64,000 nt of DNA from Escherichia coli. GTDB lineage: Bacteria; Pseudomonadota; Gammaproteobacteria; Enterobacterales; Enterobacteriaceae. Below, in pieces: positions 43,921 to 55,884 of the stretch. Position numbers and translations under genes: made by a program. The notes below the pieces were generated by a model. The model was not told where the DNA came from. It saw nothing but the letters and a program-made list of their open reading frames with translations, and did no database searches. Every line of letters begins with the position of its first letter. The first letter of the stretch is position 1. The DNA lies in the NCBI RefSeq assembly GCF_003334355.1, contig NZ_QOWP01000023.1; one strand, 5' to 3'.

Positions 43921-43951
43921 AAACCGCAAAAGCCAGTCCGCTGGACTGGCT
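43921..43951 (-). terminator. ytjA rho-independent terminator
   Basis: agccagtcc (43931-43939) pairs with ggactggct (43943-43951). The minus-strand RNA continues UUUUGCGGUUUU. Confidence 0.75.
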
Positions 43952-43981
43952 TTGGATAAAATTTTCTTAATGGTCTGAAAT

Positions 43982-44143
43982 CTAGGGTCGTTTTCGGCCC
44001 ATGAACAAACTCACCAGGAACAGAATAATCCCGACGACAAAGACAATTTTAGCTGCGCCTGCAGCGGTACCGGCCAGACCACCAAACCCAAGTGCGGCGG
44101 CGATTAACGCGATAACCAGAAATATGATGCCCCAACGAAACAT
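43982..44143 (-). CDS. ytjA: Small membrane protein YtjA (DUF1328), 53 aa
   Basis: [53 protein letters not shown], from the internal Met of ORF 43982..44173. Confidence 0.7.
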
Positions 44144-44269
44144 AAGCGTCTCCTTTACCATAGTTAATGTCACCGCTTGATATGAGCGTGAAAATCACTC
44201 AATGCGATATTTTTAGTGTGGTGCACATCGCGCCTCCCGACAAAGTTCGGGAGGACGAATTACGACGAA

Positions 44270-44875
44270 TTACTTAGTTTTCAGATCATTTTTAACGCTT
44301 TTCACACCATCTACCGCTTTGGCGATACTTTCAGCACGGTCGCTCTGTGCCTGGGAATCGACGGTACCGGAGAGCTGAACCACGCCGTCGGTGGTTTCAA
44401 CTTTCACATGACGGGAAGGGACGATATCGTCCGCCAGCAGTTTGGCTTTGATTTCACTGGTGGTGGCGGTGTCACCCGCGTAGCCCTTCACAGAGCCTTC
44501 TTTAGCGTCGCGAACGTGCAGTTTGTCGCTGACAGAGGTCACCCCTTCAACGCCTTTCGCCACTTTCACTGCCTCTTCGGCCTGAGCCTGGCTTTCAACG
44601 AAACCGCTCAGGGTCACGACTTTTTGATCGGTTTTGACAGAGATATCGGTGCTCTTGATGTTGTCATGATCCACCAGGGCCGCCTTCACTTTCGCGGTGA
44701 TGGCGCTGTCATCCATGAAATTACCGACTTTATTCATAGAGCTATCGACTTTTTGCCCTGCGCTTTCATTGGTAGTCTGCGCGTTGTTTTCCGCGTAGGC
44801 AGAGCCTGTCGCGACGGCAGAGGTCAACATTACAGCCAGCAGAGTTTTCGAAATCTTCAGTCTTGTCATAGTCAT
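44270..44875 (-). CDS. osmY: Periplasmic osmotically inducible protein OsmY (201 aa)
   Basis: Start [28 protein letters not shown] at 44875; two BON domains. Confidence 0.93.
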
Positions 44876-45267
44876 CGATTTATTCCTGTAAGTTTGCTCG
44901 TAATTTGAGCCTGGCAACACGAGGTTGCATTGCTGAATAGGGAGAGACTTCACCCTCTACAGAAGTCAATGGTCGCCATCACAAAAGCGATGGGTGATGA
45001 ATAACGACCATTACAGCCTCTGAATCAGTTATTAATATCGGTAGAATGACAATCTACGGCTTTAGATACTGATATCTACGCATTGAACGGTATTTAACGC
45101 CGTCAGAAATGTCATTACTTTGTTAAATATAGATCACAATTTTGAAACCGCTCGGGATATCATCGAAAACATAAGCAAAAGTGAATGTTTTAAGAACATT
45201 CCGTAAGCGGCTAATAAGGAAGGGAAATTGACAGGGCGCAGCGGCTACCGCGCCCTGGAGGCAAGAA

Positions 45268-46857
45268 TTAATGCTCGCGGGTCTGGTGGAACTGAACGTC
45301 CGGATAACGTTCCTGCGCCAGGCGCAGGTTGACCATGCTGGTAGCGATGTAAGCGAGGTTATCGCCGCCATCAAGCGCCAGTTGGCTTTCGTTCTTACGC
45401 TTGAACTCTTCGAATTTCTTCGCGTCTGCACATTCTACCCAGCGGGCGGTGGCAACGTTGACTGATTCATATACTGCTTCAACGTTGTATTCGCTCTTCA
45501 GGCGCGATACCACCACATCAAACTGCAGCACACCAACCGCACCAACGATCAGATCGTTGTTGGAGATTGGACGGAACACCTGCACCGCGCCCTCTTCGGA
45601 AAGCTGTACCAGCCCTTTGAGCAGCTGTTTTTGCTTCAGCGGATCTTTCAGGCGGATGCGACGGAACAGTTCTGGCGCGAAGTTCGGAATACCGGTGAAC
45701 TTCATCATCTCACCCTGGGTAAAGGTGTCGCCAATCTGAATGGTGCCGTGGTTGTGCAGGCCGAGGATATCGCCCGGATATGCTTCTTCAACGTGCGAAC
45801 GGTCACCTGCCATAAAGGTCAGCGCGTCGGAGATCACCACATCTTTCGCAGTGCGCACCTGGCGCAGCTTCATGCCTTTTTCATATTTACCGGATACCAC
45901 GCGCATAAACGCCACGCGGTCGCGGTGTTTCGGGTCCATGTTGGCCTGAATTTTAAATACGAAGCCGGTAAATTTGTCTTCGCTCGCCTCTACGGTACGG
46001 GTATCAGTCTGACGCGGCATCGGCGCAGGAGCCCACTCCACCAGGCCATCCAGCATATGATCGACACCGAAGTTACCCAGCGCAGTACCGAAGAATACCG
46101 GAGTGATTTCGCCCGCAAGGAACAGCTCTTTGTCGAACTCATTAGACGCGCCTTTCACCAGTTCCAGTTCGTCACGCAGCTGCTGTGCCAGATCTTCACC
46201 GACCGCTGCATCGAGATCCGGGTTATTCAGCCCTTTAACAATGCGGACTTCCTGAATGGTGTGGCCTTTACCGCTCTGATAGAGATAGGTTTCGTCTTTA
46301 TAAAGGTGGTAAACGCCTTTAAACAGCTTGCCGCAGCCGATCGGCCAGGTGATCGGTGCGCAGCCGATTTTCAGCTCGTTCTCAACTTCATCGAGCAGTT
46401 CCATCGGGTCGCGGATATCACGGTCAAGTTTGTTCATAAAGGTGAGGATCGGCGTGTCGCGCAGACGGGTAACTTCCATCAGCTTGCGGGTACGATCTTC
46501 AACACCTTTTGCGGCGTCGATAACCATCAGACAGCAGTCCACCGCCGTCAGGGTACGATAGGTATCTTCCGAGAAGTCTTCGTGCCCCGGGGTGTCGAGC
46601 AGATTAACCAGGCAATCGTGATACGGAAACTGCATCACAGACGTAGTAATGGAGATCCCACGCTGCTTTTCCATCTCCATCCAGTCCGACTTAGCGTGCT
46701 GGTTAGAGCCACGGCCTTTTACTGTACCGGCGGTCTGAATGGCCTGTCCGAACAGCAGCACCTTCTCGGTGATGGTAGTCTTACCGGCGTCCGGGTGAGA
46801 AATAATGGCAAAAGTGCGGCGCTTCGCCACCTCTTGCAAATAAGGAGACAACGTCAT
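45268..46857 (-). CDS. prfC: Peptide chain release factor 3 (529 aa)
   Basis: Start [28 protein letters not shown] at 46857; translational GTPase. Confidence 0.96.
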
Positions 46858-46947
46858 AATTCTTTCTTCTTGAGTAAGCGGCATCGCGCCGCGCTTGTTG
46901 AAAACGAAAAATTGCGGCTATTTTACCCATCAACGGGGGGGAGGCAA

Positions 46948-47625
46948 TCAGTGTTTACACAGGAGCTGCTCCAGTTCGTGCAACGAAGAAACGGTCCAGG
47001 TGGGCGCGATGCCTTCTGGTTGCTCGCGATTGTGCGCATTCAGCCAGCAGGTCGCAAGCCCGGCGTTGATGCCACCGAGAATATCGGACTCGGCAGTGTC
47101 GCCAACCATCAGCACGCGTGAACGGTCAGGATTGCCCGCCTGTTCCAGCGCATAATCGAAAATTTTCTTATTCGGTTTGGCAACGCCAACTTCTTCGGAA
47201 ATCACCAGCAAATCGAAGTAATCACGCAGGCCCGTGCGTTCCAGACGCACCTGTTGCAAGGCACTAAAGCCGTTGGTGATGATGCCGATTTTGGCGTTGC
47301 CACGAATGGCGTTAAGCAGAGAAACCGCGCCCGGCAGCGGCGTGCAGATTTCCGCCATCGCATTAATAAAGGCTTCGTTGAGTTTACCCGGCTCGACGTT
47401 CAGCCGTTCGGCCCAGCTCTCGAAACGCCCGTGCTGAAGCTGTAATGAAGTGATCGCGCCGTTTTGATAATCCACCCACAGAGGCTTGTTAACGGCCTGA
47501 TAGTCCTGAAAATCTTCAGCGGTAAAGGTGACGCTGTAATCAAGAAACATCCGCTGCAGGCCGGTGAATGAGTCAAAGGTAAACAGCGTTTCATCGGCAT
47601 CAAAGAAAATCCAGTCCCACTTCAT
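46948..47625 (-). CDS. yjjG: HAD-family pyrimidine nucleotidase YjjG (225 aa)
   Basis: HAD motif I FFDADETL; synteny. Confidence 0.9.
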   Translation of the reverse strand: MKWDWIFFDADETLFTFDSFTGLQRMFLDYSVTFTAEDFQDYQAVNKPLWVDYQNGAITSLQLQHGRFESWAERLNVEPGKLNEAFINAMAEICTPLPGAVSLLNAIRGNAKIGIITNGFSALQQVRLERTGLRDYFDLLVISEEVGVAKPNKKIFDYALEQAGNPDRSRVLMVGDTAESDILGGINAGLATCWLNAHNREQPEGIAPTWTVSSLHELEQLLCKH

Positions 47626-47639
47626 TATTCCACCTTGTC

Positions 47640-48086
47640 TTACATACTGATTGGCAACGCCATGATGATGGCGTCTTCGCGACCGTCCGTGGTGGGGTAG
47701 TAATTGCGGCGAATCGTCGCCTCGTTAAAGCCTAAACTTTCGTACAGGGCAATGGCGGCAGCGTTTGAGGCACGGACTTCCAGCCAGAGCGTCGCCACGC
47801 CGCGTTTTTCCAGTTCATCGATCAGATGTTCCAGCAGCGCCCTTCCCAATCCCTGACGCTGATAGTCAGGATCGACCGCAATATTGAACAATGTAGCTTC
47901 ATCCAGCACCACTTGCGTAATCGCAAACGCCGCCATTTTGCCGTTTTGCGTTAACTGAAAGTTGAGATAACGCTCGCCCTGGTTGCTGGCAAAGGTTTTT
48001 TCACTCCACGGAAAGGCGTGGGCGCGTTGTTCAATGTGGTAAGCCGCTGGTAAATCAGTCGTTTCGAGGGAAGAAATCGTGTTCAT
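47640..48086 (-). CDS. rimI: Ribosomal protein S18 alanine N-acetyltransferase RimI (148 aa)
   Basis: GNAT fold with [13 protein letters not shown]. Confidence 0.92.
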   Translation of the reverse strand: MNTISSLETTDLPAAYHIEQRAHAFPWSEKTFASNQGERYLNFQLTQNGKMAAFAITQVVLDEATLFNIAVDPDYQRQGLGRALLEHLIDELEKRGVATLWLEVRASNAAAIALYESLGFNEATIRRNYYPTTDGREDAIIMALPISM

Positions 48087-48468
48087 ATGTGCAAATTTGT
48101 TGCCATAACGCGGCGCGTGCCGTTGGGTTTGCCCGTAATTCGGTGAGCGCCGGTGATGCCACCTGAGCGCCTTCCAGTGATAGCGGTTCGTCAGTACCCA
48201 ACCGCCAGCTGTTGCAGCGACTGCCTTGCGGCAGCATCGCGATTTTTTCTGGCGTCAGTTGCAGCACTTGATCGGGGCTGACGGTTAATGCGCGCAGAAC
48301 ATCGCTCACTAAAGGATCAGTCAGGGCGGGAAGATCGTTTGCCACCATCACCAGACGGACGTGTGCCGGGATCGCAATGGCAATCTCCCCCTGCAACGCG
48401 CCAGGGCGACGCAGCGACCACTGGGTAATGCCCAGTTGCTGTAACTGCCAGTCTCGTCGGGATGTCAT
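48055..48468 (-). CDS. holD: DNA polymerase III psi subunit HolD (137 aa)
   Basis: MTSRRDWQLQQLGITQWSLRRPGALQGEIAI..; the 3' end overlaps rimI by 32 nt. Confidence 0.9.
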   Translation of the reverse strand: MTSRRDWQLQQLGITQWSLRRPGALQGEIAIAIPAHVRLVMVANDLPALTDPLVSDVLRALTVSPDQVLQLTPEKIAMLPQGSRCNSWRLGTDEPLSLEGAQVASPALTELRANPTARAALWQQICTYEHDFFPRND

Positions 48469-48570
48469 AGCGAATCGCTCCTGTTGTCAGGGGCGCAAAT
48501 ATAGCAAATTCGTCGATACCGCGCCAACATATGGCTATAATCGCCGCCAGTATCAATTGAGGAGCATTCC

Positions 48571-49602
48571 ATGTCTGCATTTACCCCGGCAAGTGAAGTC
48601 TTGCTGCGTCACAGTGATGATTTCGAACAAAGCCGTATTCTGTTTGCCGGAGACTTACAGGATGACCTGCCCGCGCGTTTAGATACCGCGGCCAGCCGTG
48701 CTCATACCCAGCAATTCCACCACTGGCAGGTATTAAGCCGCCAGATGGGGGATAACGCCCGTTTCAGTCTGGTCGCCACGGCGGATGACGTCGCAGATTG
48801 CGATACGCTGATTTACTACTGGCCGAAGAACAAACCGGAAGCCCAGTTCCAGTTGATGAATTTACTTTCTCTGCTGCCAGTGGGGACAGATATTTTTGTC
48901 GTTGGCGAGAACCGCAGCGGCGTGCGCAGCGCCGAGCAGATGCTGGCAGATTATGCGCCGTTGAATAAAGTCGACAGCGCTCGTCGCTGTGGCCTCTATT
49001 TTGGTCGTCTGGAAAAACAGCCGGTATTTGATGCCGATAAATTCTGGGGCGAATACAGCGTCGATGGCCTGACGGTCAAAACGCTGCCTGGCGTGTTTAG
49101 CCGCGACGGTCTGGATGTCGGTAGCCAGTTGCTGCTCTCGACGTTAACCCCGCACACGAAAGGTAAAGTGCTGGATGTCGGCTGTGGCGCGGGTGTGCTT
49201 TCAGTTGCCTTTGCGCGCCATTCGCCGAAAATTCGTCTCACCTTGTGCGATGTCTCTGCGCCAGCGGTAGAAGCCAGCCGCGCAACACTTGCGGCCAACG
49301 GTGTTGAAGGTGAAGTCTTTGCCAGCAACGTCTTTTCCGAGGTGAAAGGTCGTTTTGATATGATCATCTCCAACCCGCCGTTCCACGATGGGATGCAAAC
49401 CAGCCTGGATGCGGCGCAAACGCTGATTCGCGGCGCGGTGCGTCATCTTAATAGCGGCGGCGAGCTGCGAATTGTAGCGAACGCCTTCCTGCCTTACCCG
49501 GACGTGCTGGATGAGACATTTGGCTTCCATGAAGTGATTGCGCAAACCGGGCGTTTCAAGGTGTATCGCGCCATTATGACCCGCCAGGCGAAGAAAGGTT
49601 AA
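48571..49602 (+). CDS. rsmC: 16S rRNA m2G1207 methyltransferase RsmC (343 aa)
   Basis: SAM motif [11 protein letters not shown] and the NPPFH motif. Confidence 0.92.
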   Translation: MSAFTPASEVLLRHSDDFEQSRILFAGDLQDDLPARLDTAASRAHTQQFHHWQVLSRQMGDNARFSLVATADDVADCDTLIYYWPKNKPEAQFQLMNLLSLLPVGTDIFVVGENRSGVRSAEQMLADYAPLNKVDSARRCGLYFGRLEKQPVFDADKFWGEYSVDGLTVKTLPGVFSRDGLDVGSQLLLSTLTPHTKGKVLDVGCGAGVLSVAFARHSPKIRLTLCDVSAPAVEASRATLAANGVEGEVFASNVFSEVKGRFDMIISNPPFHDGMQTSLDAAQTLIRGAVRHLNSGGELRIVANAFLPYPDVLDETFGFHEVIAQTGRFKVYRAIMTRQAKKG

Positions 49603-49620
49603 TTATCTCGCCGAATACCG

Positions 49621-49766
<146 letters not shown>

Positions 49767-49841
49767 AAAACTACCAAACCTGCACGTTAGTTTCCTGATG
49801 GACATTTTTCCAGCAATTACACCTCCGGCGATAATTAACTA

Positions 49842-49869
49842 TTGACGAAAAGCTGAAAACCACTAGAAT
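49842..49869 (+). promoter_or_regulatory. tRNA-Leu promoter with a GC-rich discriminator
   Basis: TTGACG (49842-49847), a 16-nt spacer, TAGAAT (49864-49869), then gcgcctcc. This is the stringent-type discriminator typical of stable-RNA promoters. Confidence 0.75.
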
Positions 49870-49910
49870 GCGCCTCCGTGGTAGCAATTCTTTTTAAGAA
49901 TTGATGGTAT

Positions 49911-49997
49911 GCGAAGGTGGCGGAATTGGTAGACGCGCTAGCTTCAGGTGTTAGTGTCCTTACGGACGTGGGGGTTCAAGTCCCCCCCCTCGCACCA
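49911..49997 (+). tRNA. leuQ: tRNA-Leu (anticodon CAG), 87 nt, single copy
   Basis: GCGAAGGTGGCGGAATTGGTAGACGCGCTAGCTTCAGGTGTTAGTGTCCTTACGGACGTGGGGGTTCAAGTCCCCCCCCTCGCACCA. It has a long variable arm, CAG at 49945-49947 and an encoded CCA. Confidence 0.95.
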
Positions 49998-50035
49998 ATT
50001 ATCTTTACTTCCTTTCTTGTTTCTTCCTTGATTTT

Positions 50036-50272
50036 TCATCCCTGATTCAAATTCATTATCATCAGCATGATGGCAGCAATAAGCGCCAGGCACGATGGTA
50101 GCAAAACGTAATGCCGTAACTGTTTGTGATACAGCATCACCGGCGTCAATACTAATCCCATCAGAATGACAATCCGCCACTGATCCGGCGATAAATCCGC
50201 ATACATCAGCCCTGCAATCAGCAATCCCGGCAGCAACACTCCCCAGCCACTGCCCAGCGTACGTTGCAACAT
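50036..50272 (-). CDS. yjjZ: Small membrane protein YjjZ (78 aa)
   Basis: MLQRTLGSGWGVLLPGLLIAGLMYADLSPDQW.., from the internal Met of ORF 50036..50383. A Fur box lies just upstream. Confidence 0.6.
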   Translation of the reverse strand: MLQRTLGSGWGVLLPGLLIAGLMYADLSPDQWRIVILMGLVLTPVMLYHKQLRHYVLLPSCLALIAAIMLMIMNLNQG

Positions 50273-50290
50273 GGTTTCATCTCTTTCATT

Positions 50291-50309
50291 GATAATGATA
50301 ACCAATATC
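50291..50309. promoter_or_regulatory. Fur box upstream of yjjZ
   Basis: GATAATGATAACCAATATC is a 17/19 match to GATAATGATAATCATTATC. A second gataat..atcatt copy follows at 50312-50330. Confidence 0.8.
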
Positions 50310-50372
50310 ATATGATAATTTTTATCATTTGCAAGCCAGAGAAATCCCTTGCTATCGGGTAAACCTATCGCT

Positions 50373-50391
50373 AGGATTAGCAATCATTATC
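50373..50391. promoter_or_regulatory. Fur box in the fhuF promoter
   Basis: The right half AATCATTATC (50382-50391) is an exact match to the consensus. The left half is weak. Confidence 0.55.
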
Positions 50392-50412
50392 ATTTAGATT
50401 ACTATCCCGATT

Positions 50413-51201
50413 ATGGCCTATCGTTCCGCACCGCTCTATGAAGATATCATCTGGCGAACGCATCTCCAGCCGCAGGATGCTGGGCTTGCACAAGCCGTAC
50501 GTGCGACGATCGCCAAACATCGTGAACATTTGCTCGAGTTTATCCGCCTGGATGAACCCGCTCCGCTTAACGCCATGACGCTGGCGCAATGGTCATCACC
50601 GAATGCGCTAAGTTCTCTACTCGCGGTCTATTCCGATCATATCTATCGCAACCAACCAACGATGATCCGCGAGAACAAACCGCTGATCTCACTATGGGCA
50701 CAATGGTATATCGGCCTGATGGTGCCACCATTAATGCTGGCGCTACTGACGCAGGAAAAGGCATTAGATGTGTCGCCGGAACATTTCCATGCTGAGTTTC
50801 ACGAAACCGGACGCGTCGCCTGTTTCTGGGTCGATGTGTGTGAAGATAAAAACGCAACACCACATTCGCCGCAGCAGCGAATGGAAACGTTAATCAGCCA
50901 GGCGCTGGTTCCGGTTGTGCAGGCACTAGAAGCGACCGGAGAGATCAACGGCAAACTTATCTGGAGTAATACCGGTTATTTGATCAACTGGTATCTCACT
51001 GAGATGAAGCAGCTGCTCGGCGAGGCGACGGTTGAATCGCTGCGCCATGCCCTCTTTTTTGAGAAAACGCTCACGAACGGTGAAGATAATCCACTCTGGC
51101 GTACCGTGGTACTGCGCGATGGCCTGCTGGTGCGCCGCACTTGCTGCCAGCGTTATCGCTTACCGGATGTGCAGCAATGTGGCGATTGTACGCTGAAATG
51201 A
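50413..51201 (+). CDS. fhuF: Ferric-siderophore reductase FhuF (262 aa)
   Basis: C-terminal Cys cluster CCQRYRLPDVQQCGDC (a [2Fe-2S] motif). Confidence 0.9.
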   Translation: MAYRSAPLYEDIIWRTHLQPQDAGLAQAVRATIAKHREHLLEFIRLDEPAPLNAMTLAQWSSPNALSSLLAVYSDHIYRNQPTMIRENKPLISLWAQWYIGLMVPPLMLALLTQEKALDVSPEHFHAEFHETGRVACFWVDVCEDKNATPHSPQQRMETLISQALVPVVQALEATGEINGKLIWSNTGYLINWYLTEMKQLLGEATVESLRHALFFEKTLTNGEDNPLWRTVVLRDGLLVRRTCCQRYRLPDVQQCGDCTLK

Positions 51202-51238
51202 AAGCACTGCCGGGGAAGTAAACCCGGCATCATGCGGA

Positions 51239-51916
51239 TTAATAGGGATGCAACACATTACTTGCTTCGCAATGCCGCATACATAACAGAATATCTGCGG
51301 CCTCCAACAACCCTGCATCAGAACTGACGCCCAGTTTCGACATCACATTAAATTTATGTGCACGGATCGTTTTGATATTGCGTTTAAGCTGCTCGGCAAT
51401 TTGTGTCATTGAGTAGCCACGCGACATAAAGCGCAATATTTCTCTCTCCGTGGGGCTTAGCGTCCGGCTTTGGTTAATGTACCACTGATTGTTCAGTCGG
51501 TCGGTCGCCTGACGTACACCATTTAATGACAAAAAGAGTTCCTGATGAAAAATCTCCAGCGTTGACGCTTTACTTAATACACCGTCCAGCGGTGATGGCG
51601 ACAATGAACCAATCAGCCGAGCTTCAATATCATCATCCGCAATAACTAAACGCCGGGTACGCGGAAACTTAATCGCCAGTTCAGTCAGGCAAGATAATCC
51701 CTCTCTGCGCTCACTTCTCATGGCAGAAAAAGAAAAAATGACCGCCGCAAACGAGATCCGCGACATGGCATCCTGAAATGACTCCTGACTGGTATAGGTA
51801 TGGAGCTTATAAGGGTTACCCGCAAACTTTCTGAATAAACTCTCAATACCGATACTACTCATGACGCATTTTTCTATGAGTGCGACATTTCTCTTCTTAA
51901 TTCGGCTGTGTTCCAT
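51239..51916 (-). CDS. bglJ: LuxR/FixJ-type transcription factor BglJ (225 aa)
   Basis: C-terminal HTH ..[44 protein letters not shown]... Confidence 0.88.
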
Positions 51917-52599
51917 TCTGCGGCATCTCCATAAACAGAAGGCAAGTTAAGTTCTCTTGCACCCTGCGCGCTATTTATCCATGCATACATTTCAGCGTTG
52001 CTGTGAATTGCCAGTCGACGCATCGCACTGTTTTTTTGGGCGCTGATAGTTTTATTACTTTTCTTAAGCAACGAAGCTATCTGGTTGATGCCCCATCCTT
52101 TACCTAATAGCCGCAGTACCTTGCGCTCTGAAAGAGTGAGAATGACGGAGCGATAGCTAAAATCATGAGTTTCAGTCATTGCCGGAGAGGTCAGCATGGC
52201 GCTGATACGCTCTGCGTGCGTATTGCCGGAACGTACGGTCTTGACCAGATTCTCAATGGGTTCAACATCAGACAATAACGTCGCCGTAGGGCACATGAGC
52301 AATTCTACTGCCTGGGAATACCAGGAGCGTGACACCATGAAAACCCAGTGAATTTCCCGATATTGTGAGATTAAAGAATAATAATGTTCACAAACAGAAC
52401 GTGGATCTTCACTTTCACCGGCTAAATCAGCAATGACTAATCCGGAACGACGTAATTGTAATAAGGTAAGGTCCTCCGCAGAGGCGCTGGATATTATTTC
52501 ATATTCAGGGAAGTGAGTCCTCATGACCTCTTTTAACCCTGCTTGCATAACAGGTATTTTACTGATAACAATTCCATTTTTGCAGCATCCTGGCAACAT
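51874..52599 (-). CDS. yjjQ: LuxR/FixJ-type transcription factor YjjQ (241 aa)
   Basis: C-terminal HTH ..[41 protein letters not shown]... The 3' end overlaps bglJ by 43 nt. Confidence 0.85.
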
Positions 52600-53217
52600 A
52601 TTTCCTCCACATCCACTGTCTAAAAATCATGATGGTTTATTCAGGATATTCATTCCTTAAATGTTTCCAGCAAATTAATAGATTAAGCGAATAAATTATC
52701 CTTAGCATTCACTTTCATATCAGCATACTCCTGCTGCACAACAACTCCACTGCATGTGTCAGAAGGTTAGCATCAAATGATAACCTGGTGAAATAGCCTG
52801 GAGACATTTAAAATATCTACATTAAGTTGTTAGAAATACTTAATGAAAAACAGAAATATCATTCATTTAATTTATAATTCAATGATACCTCTTCCCGCAA
52901 AATGCAAAATCACACAACCAATATTTATTCAATAAAATCTGATTGTTTTAACTTGTTGGCATTAAAAAACGCGCCCAGTTATCTATTATCCTGATTCGTA
53001 AAGGCCAAACAATAAATTCATTATGGTGATAATATTCATGTGATAATTTGTTTGCGGCGAGAGATAATTCGCTTTTTATCACCGAGCTTCTCCCGATAAC
53101 CAGGATTAATCAGCGCAATTTTGATCTTAACCTACCGCAAAACAACCGTGCTTCATGATACAAATGAATTCTCATTATCTGAACAATACGCAGCACGTCT
53201 ATGACAAAGGGCGAGTT

Positions 53218-53988
53218 ATGCAAACTGAGCAACAGCGAGCCGTAACACGGCTTTGTATCCAGTGTGGATTATTTCTTTTGCAACATGGTGCGGAAAGCGC
53301 GTTGGTTGATGAGCTTTCCTCACGACTGGGTCGGGCGCTGGGAATGGACAGCGTCGAAAGTTCTATCTCTTCGAACGCCATAGTGCTGACAACCATTAAA
53401 GATGGGCAATGCCTGACATCGACACGTAAAAATCACGATCGCGGCATTAATATGCATGTGGTGACTGAAGTCCAGCACATTGTGATTCTGGCGGAGCACC
53501 ATCTGCTGGATTACAAAGGCGTAGAGAAACGATTTAGCCAAATTCAGCCATTACGTTACCCAAGATGGCTGGTAGCCTTAATGGTTGGCCTTTCTTGCGC
53601 CTGTTTCTGTAAACTCAATAACGGTGGCTGGGATGGTGCCGTCATCACCTTCTTTGCCAGTACGGCCGCGATGTATATCCGCCAGCTACTGGCACAACGT
53701 CATCTTCATCCACAGATCAACTTTTGCCTCACCGCTTTCGCCGCCACCACTATTTCCGGTTTGCTTTTGCAACTTCCCACCTTCAGCAATACACCCACCA
53801 TTGCAATGGCCGCCAGCGTTCTGCTGCTGGTGCCGGGCTTTCCGTTGATTAATGCCGTCGCCGATATGTTTAAAGGCCACATCAATACCGGACTGGCACG
53901 CTGGGCGATCGCCAGTCTGCTGACACTGGCTACCTGCGTCGGCGTGGTGATGGCACTGACGATTTGGGGGCTACGCGGATGGGTGTGA
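53218..53988 (+). CDS. yjjP: ThrE-family membrane protein YjjP (256 aa; an upstream ATG at 53155 is also possible)
   Basis: [30 protein letters not shown]..; paired with yjjB. Confidence 0.8.
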   Translation: MQTEQQRAVTRLCIQCGLFLLQHGAESALVDELSSRLGRALGMDSVESSISSNAIVLTTIKDGQCLTSTRKNHDRGINMHVVTEVQHIVILAEHHLLDYKGVEKRFSQIQPLRYPRWLVALMVGLSCACFCKLNNGGWDGAVITFFASTAAMYIRQLLAQRHLHPQINFCLTAFAATTISGLLLQLPTFSNTPTIAMAASVLLLVPGFPLINAVADMFKGHINTGLARWAIASLLTLATCVGVVMALTIWGLRGWV

Positions 53989-54452
53989 TCGAGTTTCTGT
54001 TTGCATTGGCGCAGGATATGATCCTCGCCGCCATTCCAGCGGTCGGCTTTGCGATGGTGTTCAACGTTCCCGTTCGGGCATTACGCTGGTGTGCGCTGCT
54101 TGGCGCGATTGGTCATGGTTCCCGAATGATCTTAATGACCAGCGGGCTGAATATTGAGTGGTCAACCTTTATGGCTTCTATGCTGGTCGGCACCATTGGT
54201 ATTCAATGGTCGCGCTGGTATCTGGCGCATCCGAAAGTGTTTACCGTGGCGGCTGTTATCCCTATGTTTCCTGGCATATCAGCTTATACTGCAATGATTT
54301 CGGCGGTAAAAATCAGTCAGCTAGGCTACAGCGAACCGTTGATGATTACCCTGTTAACCAACTTTCTTACAGCTTCATCAATTGTTGGTGCGTTATCCAT
54401 CGGTCTTTCCATTCCTGGATTATGGTTGTACCGCAAGCGCCCTCGCGTATAA
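53979..54452 (+). CDS. yjjB: ThrE-family membrane protein YjjB (157 aa)
   Basis: [31 protein letters not shown]..; 10-nt overlap with yjjP. Confidence 0.8.
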   Translation: MGVIEFLFALAQDMILAAIPAVGFAMVFNVPVRALRWCALLGAIGHGSRMILMTSGLNIEWSTFMASMLVGTIGIQWSRWYLAHPKVFTVAAVIPMFPGISAYTAMISAVKISQLGYSEPLMITLLTNFLTASSIVGALSIGLSIPGLWLYRKRPRV

Positions 54453-54559
54453 AATTGCCTCACTTAAAGCACGCGGATGAGAGACAGCCTCCTCTCCTCC
54501 GTGTGTTACTATAAAAGTTATCTCCCTTCTCGTTCATCGTTCCATATTTGAGAAACAGT

Positions 54560-55099
54560 ATGTCTTCCAGAGTTTTGACCCCGGACGTCGTTGGTATTGA
54601 CGCCCTGGTACAGGATCACCAAACCGTTCTGGCAAAAGCTGAAGGCGGTGTGGTTGCCGTATTTGCTAACAATGCCCCGGCGTTTTATGCCGTCACGCCT
54701 GCACGCCTGGCTGAACTGCTGGCGCTGGAAGAAAAGCTGGCGCGTCCGGGAAGCGATGTCGCTCTGGACGATCAACTCTATCAGGAACCGCAAGCCGCTC
54801 CCGTTGCTGTACCCATGGGGAAATTCGCCATGTATCCGGACTGGCAACCCGATGCCGACTTTATCCGCCTGGCGGCGCTATGGGGCGTGGCGCTAAGAGA
54901 GCCGGTGACCACCGAAGAACTGGCCTCATTCATTGCCTACTGGCAGGCGGAAGGTAAAGTCTTTCACCATGTGCAGTGGCAACAAAAACTGGCGCGCAGC
55001 CTGCAAATCGGTCGTGCCAGCAACGGCGGACTGCCGAAACGAGATGTGAATACGGTCAGCGAACCTGACAGCCAAATTCCACCAGGATTCAGAGGGTAA
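54560..55099 (+). CDS. dnaT: Primosomal protein DnaT (179 aa)
   Basis: [17 protein letters not shown]..; 2 nt upstream of dnaC. Confidence 0.9.
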   Translation: MSSRVLTPDVVGIDALVQDHQTVLAKAEGGVVAVFANNAPAFYAVTPARLAELLALEEKLARPGSDVALDDQLYQEPQAAPVAVPMGKFAMYPDWQPDADFIRLAALWGVALREPVTTEELASFIAYWQAEGKVFHHVQWQQKLARSLQIGRASNGGLPKRDVNTVSEPDSQIPPGFRG

Positions 55100-55101
55100 C
55101 G

Positions 55102-55839
55102 ATGAAAAACGTTGGCGACCTGATGCAACGCCTGCAAAAAATGATGCCTGCCCATATCAAACCTGCATTCAAAACGGGTGAAGAGCTACTGGCCTGGCAG
55201 AAAGAACAAGGGGCGATCCGCTCCGCCGCTCTCGAACGTGAAAATCGGGCGATGAAAATGCAGCGCACCTTTAACCGCTCCGGTATTCGTCCACTGCATC
55301 AGAACTGCTCCTTTGAGAACTATCGCGTTGAGTGTGAAGGGCAGATGAATGCGTTAAGCAAAGCGCGCCAGTATGTCGAAGAGTTTGACGGCAACATCGC
55401 CAGCTTCATCTTTTCTGGTAAGCCAGGAACCGGCAAAAACCATCTGGCGGCGGCAATCTGCAACGAGCTGCTGCTACGCGGTAAATCCGTATTGATCATC
55501 ACCGTGGCCGATATTATGTCGGCGATGAAAGATACCTTCAGGAATAGCGGTACCAGCGAAGAACAACTGCTTAACGATCTGAGCAACGTTGATCTGCTGG
55601 TGATCGATGAGATCGGCGTGCAGACCGAATCGAAATACGAAAAAGTGATCATCAACCAGATCGTCGATCGCCGCTCTTCTTCCAAACGCCCAACCGGGAT
55701 GCTGACCAACAGTAATATGGAAGAGATGACCAAGTTGCTGGGCGAACGCGTGATGGACCGTATGCGCCTGGGTAACAGTTTGTGGGTGATCTTCAACTGG
55801 GATAGCTACCGTAGCCGGGTAACAGGTAAAGAGTATTAA
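55102..55839 (+). CDS. dnaC: Helicase loader DnaC (245 aa)
   Basis: AAA+ Walker A GKPGTGKNHLA and Walker B LLVIDEIG. Confidence 0.95.
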   Translation: MKNVGDLMQRLQKMMPAHIKPAFKTGEELLAWQKEQGAIRSAALERENRAMKMQRTFNRSGIRPLHQNCSFENYRVECEGQMNALSKARQYVEEFDGNIASFIFSGKPGTGKNHLAAAICNELLLRGKSVLIITVADIMSAMKDTFRNSGTSEEQLLNDLSNVDLLVIDEIGVQTESKYEKVIINQIVDRRSSSKRPTGMLTNSNMEEMTKLLGERVMDRMRLGNSLWVIFNWDSYRSRVTGKEY

Positions 55840-55884
55840 TCCCCGTTTCTGGCGGTATACTGCGACACAATTCCACCTTGAGTA

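Noticed and set aside
44216-44908. A 230-codon plus-strand ORF antisense to osmY.
   Set aside because: It is in the codon-aligned antisense frame (2 mod 3) of a strongly expressed gene. The translation is low complexity.
45631-47121. A 496-codon plus-strand ORF, the longest non-annotated ORF in the window. It is antisense to prfC and runs on into yjjG.
   Set aside because: Its triplets are codon-aligned with prfC and with yjjG (all start at 1 mod 3). Antisense stops can then arise only from sense TTA, CTA or TCA codons, which are uncommon and are avoided here. The product is a low-complexity string rich in F, R, V and H with no recognisable motif or RBS. Only the stop-free 90-nt intergenic stretch is a coincidence.
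50273-50383. An upstream extension of yjjZ to 115 codons (MLILAIGLPDSKGF..).
   Set aside because: The extension is read through the Fur-box promoter DNA. The 78-aa form starting MLQRTLGSGW matches the known small membrane protein.
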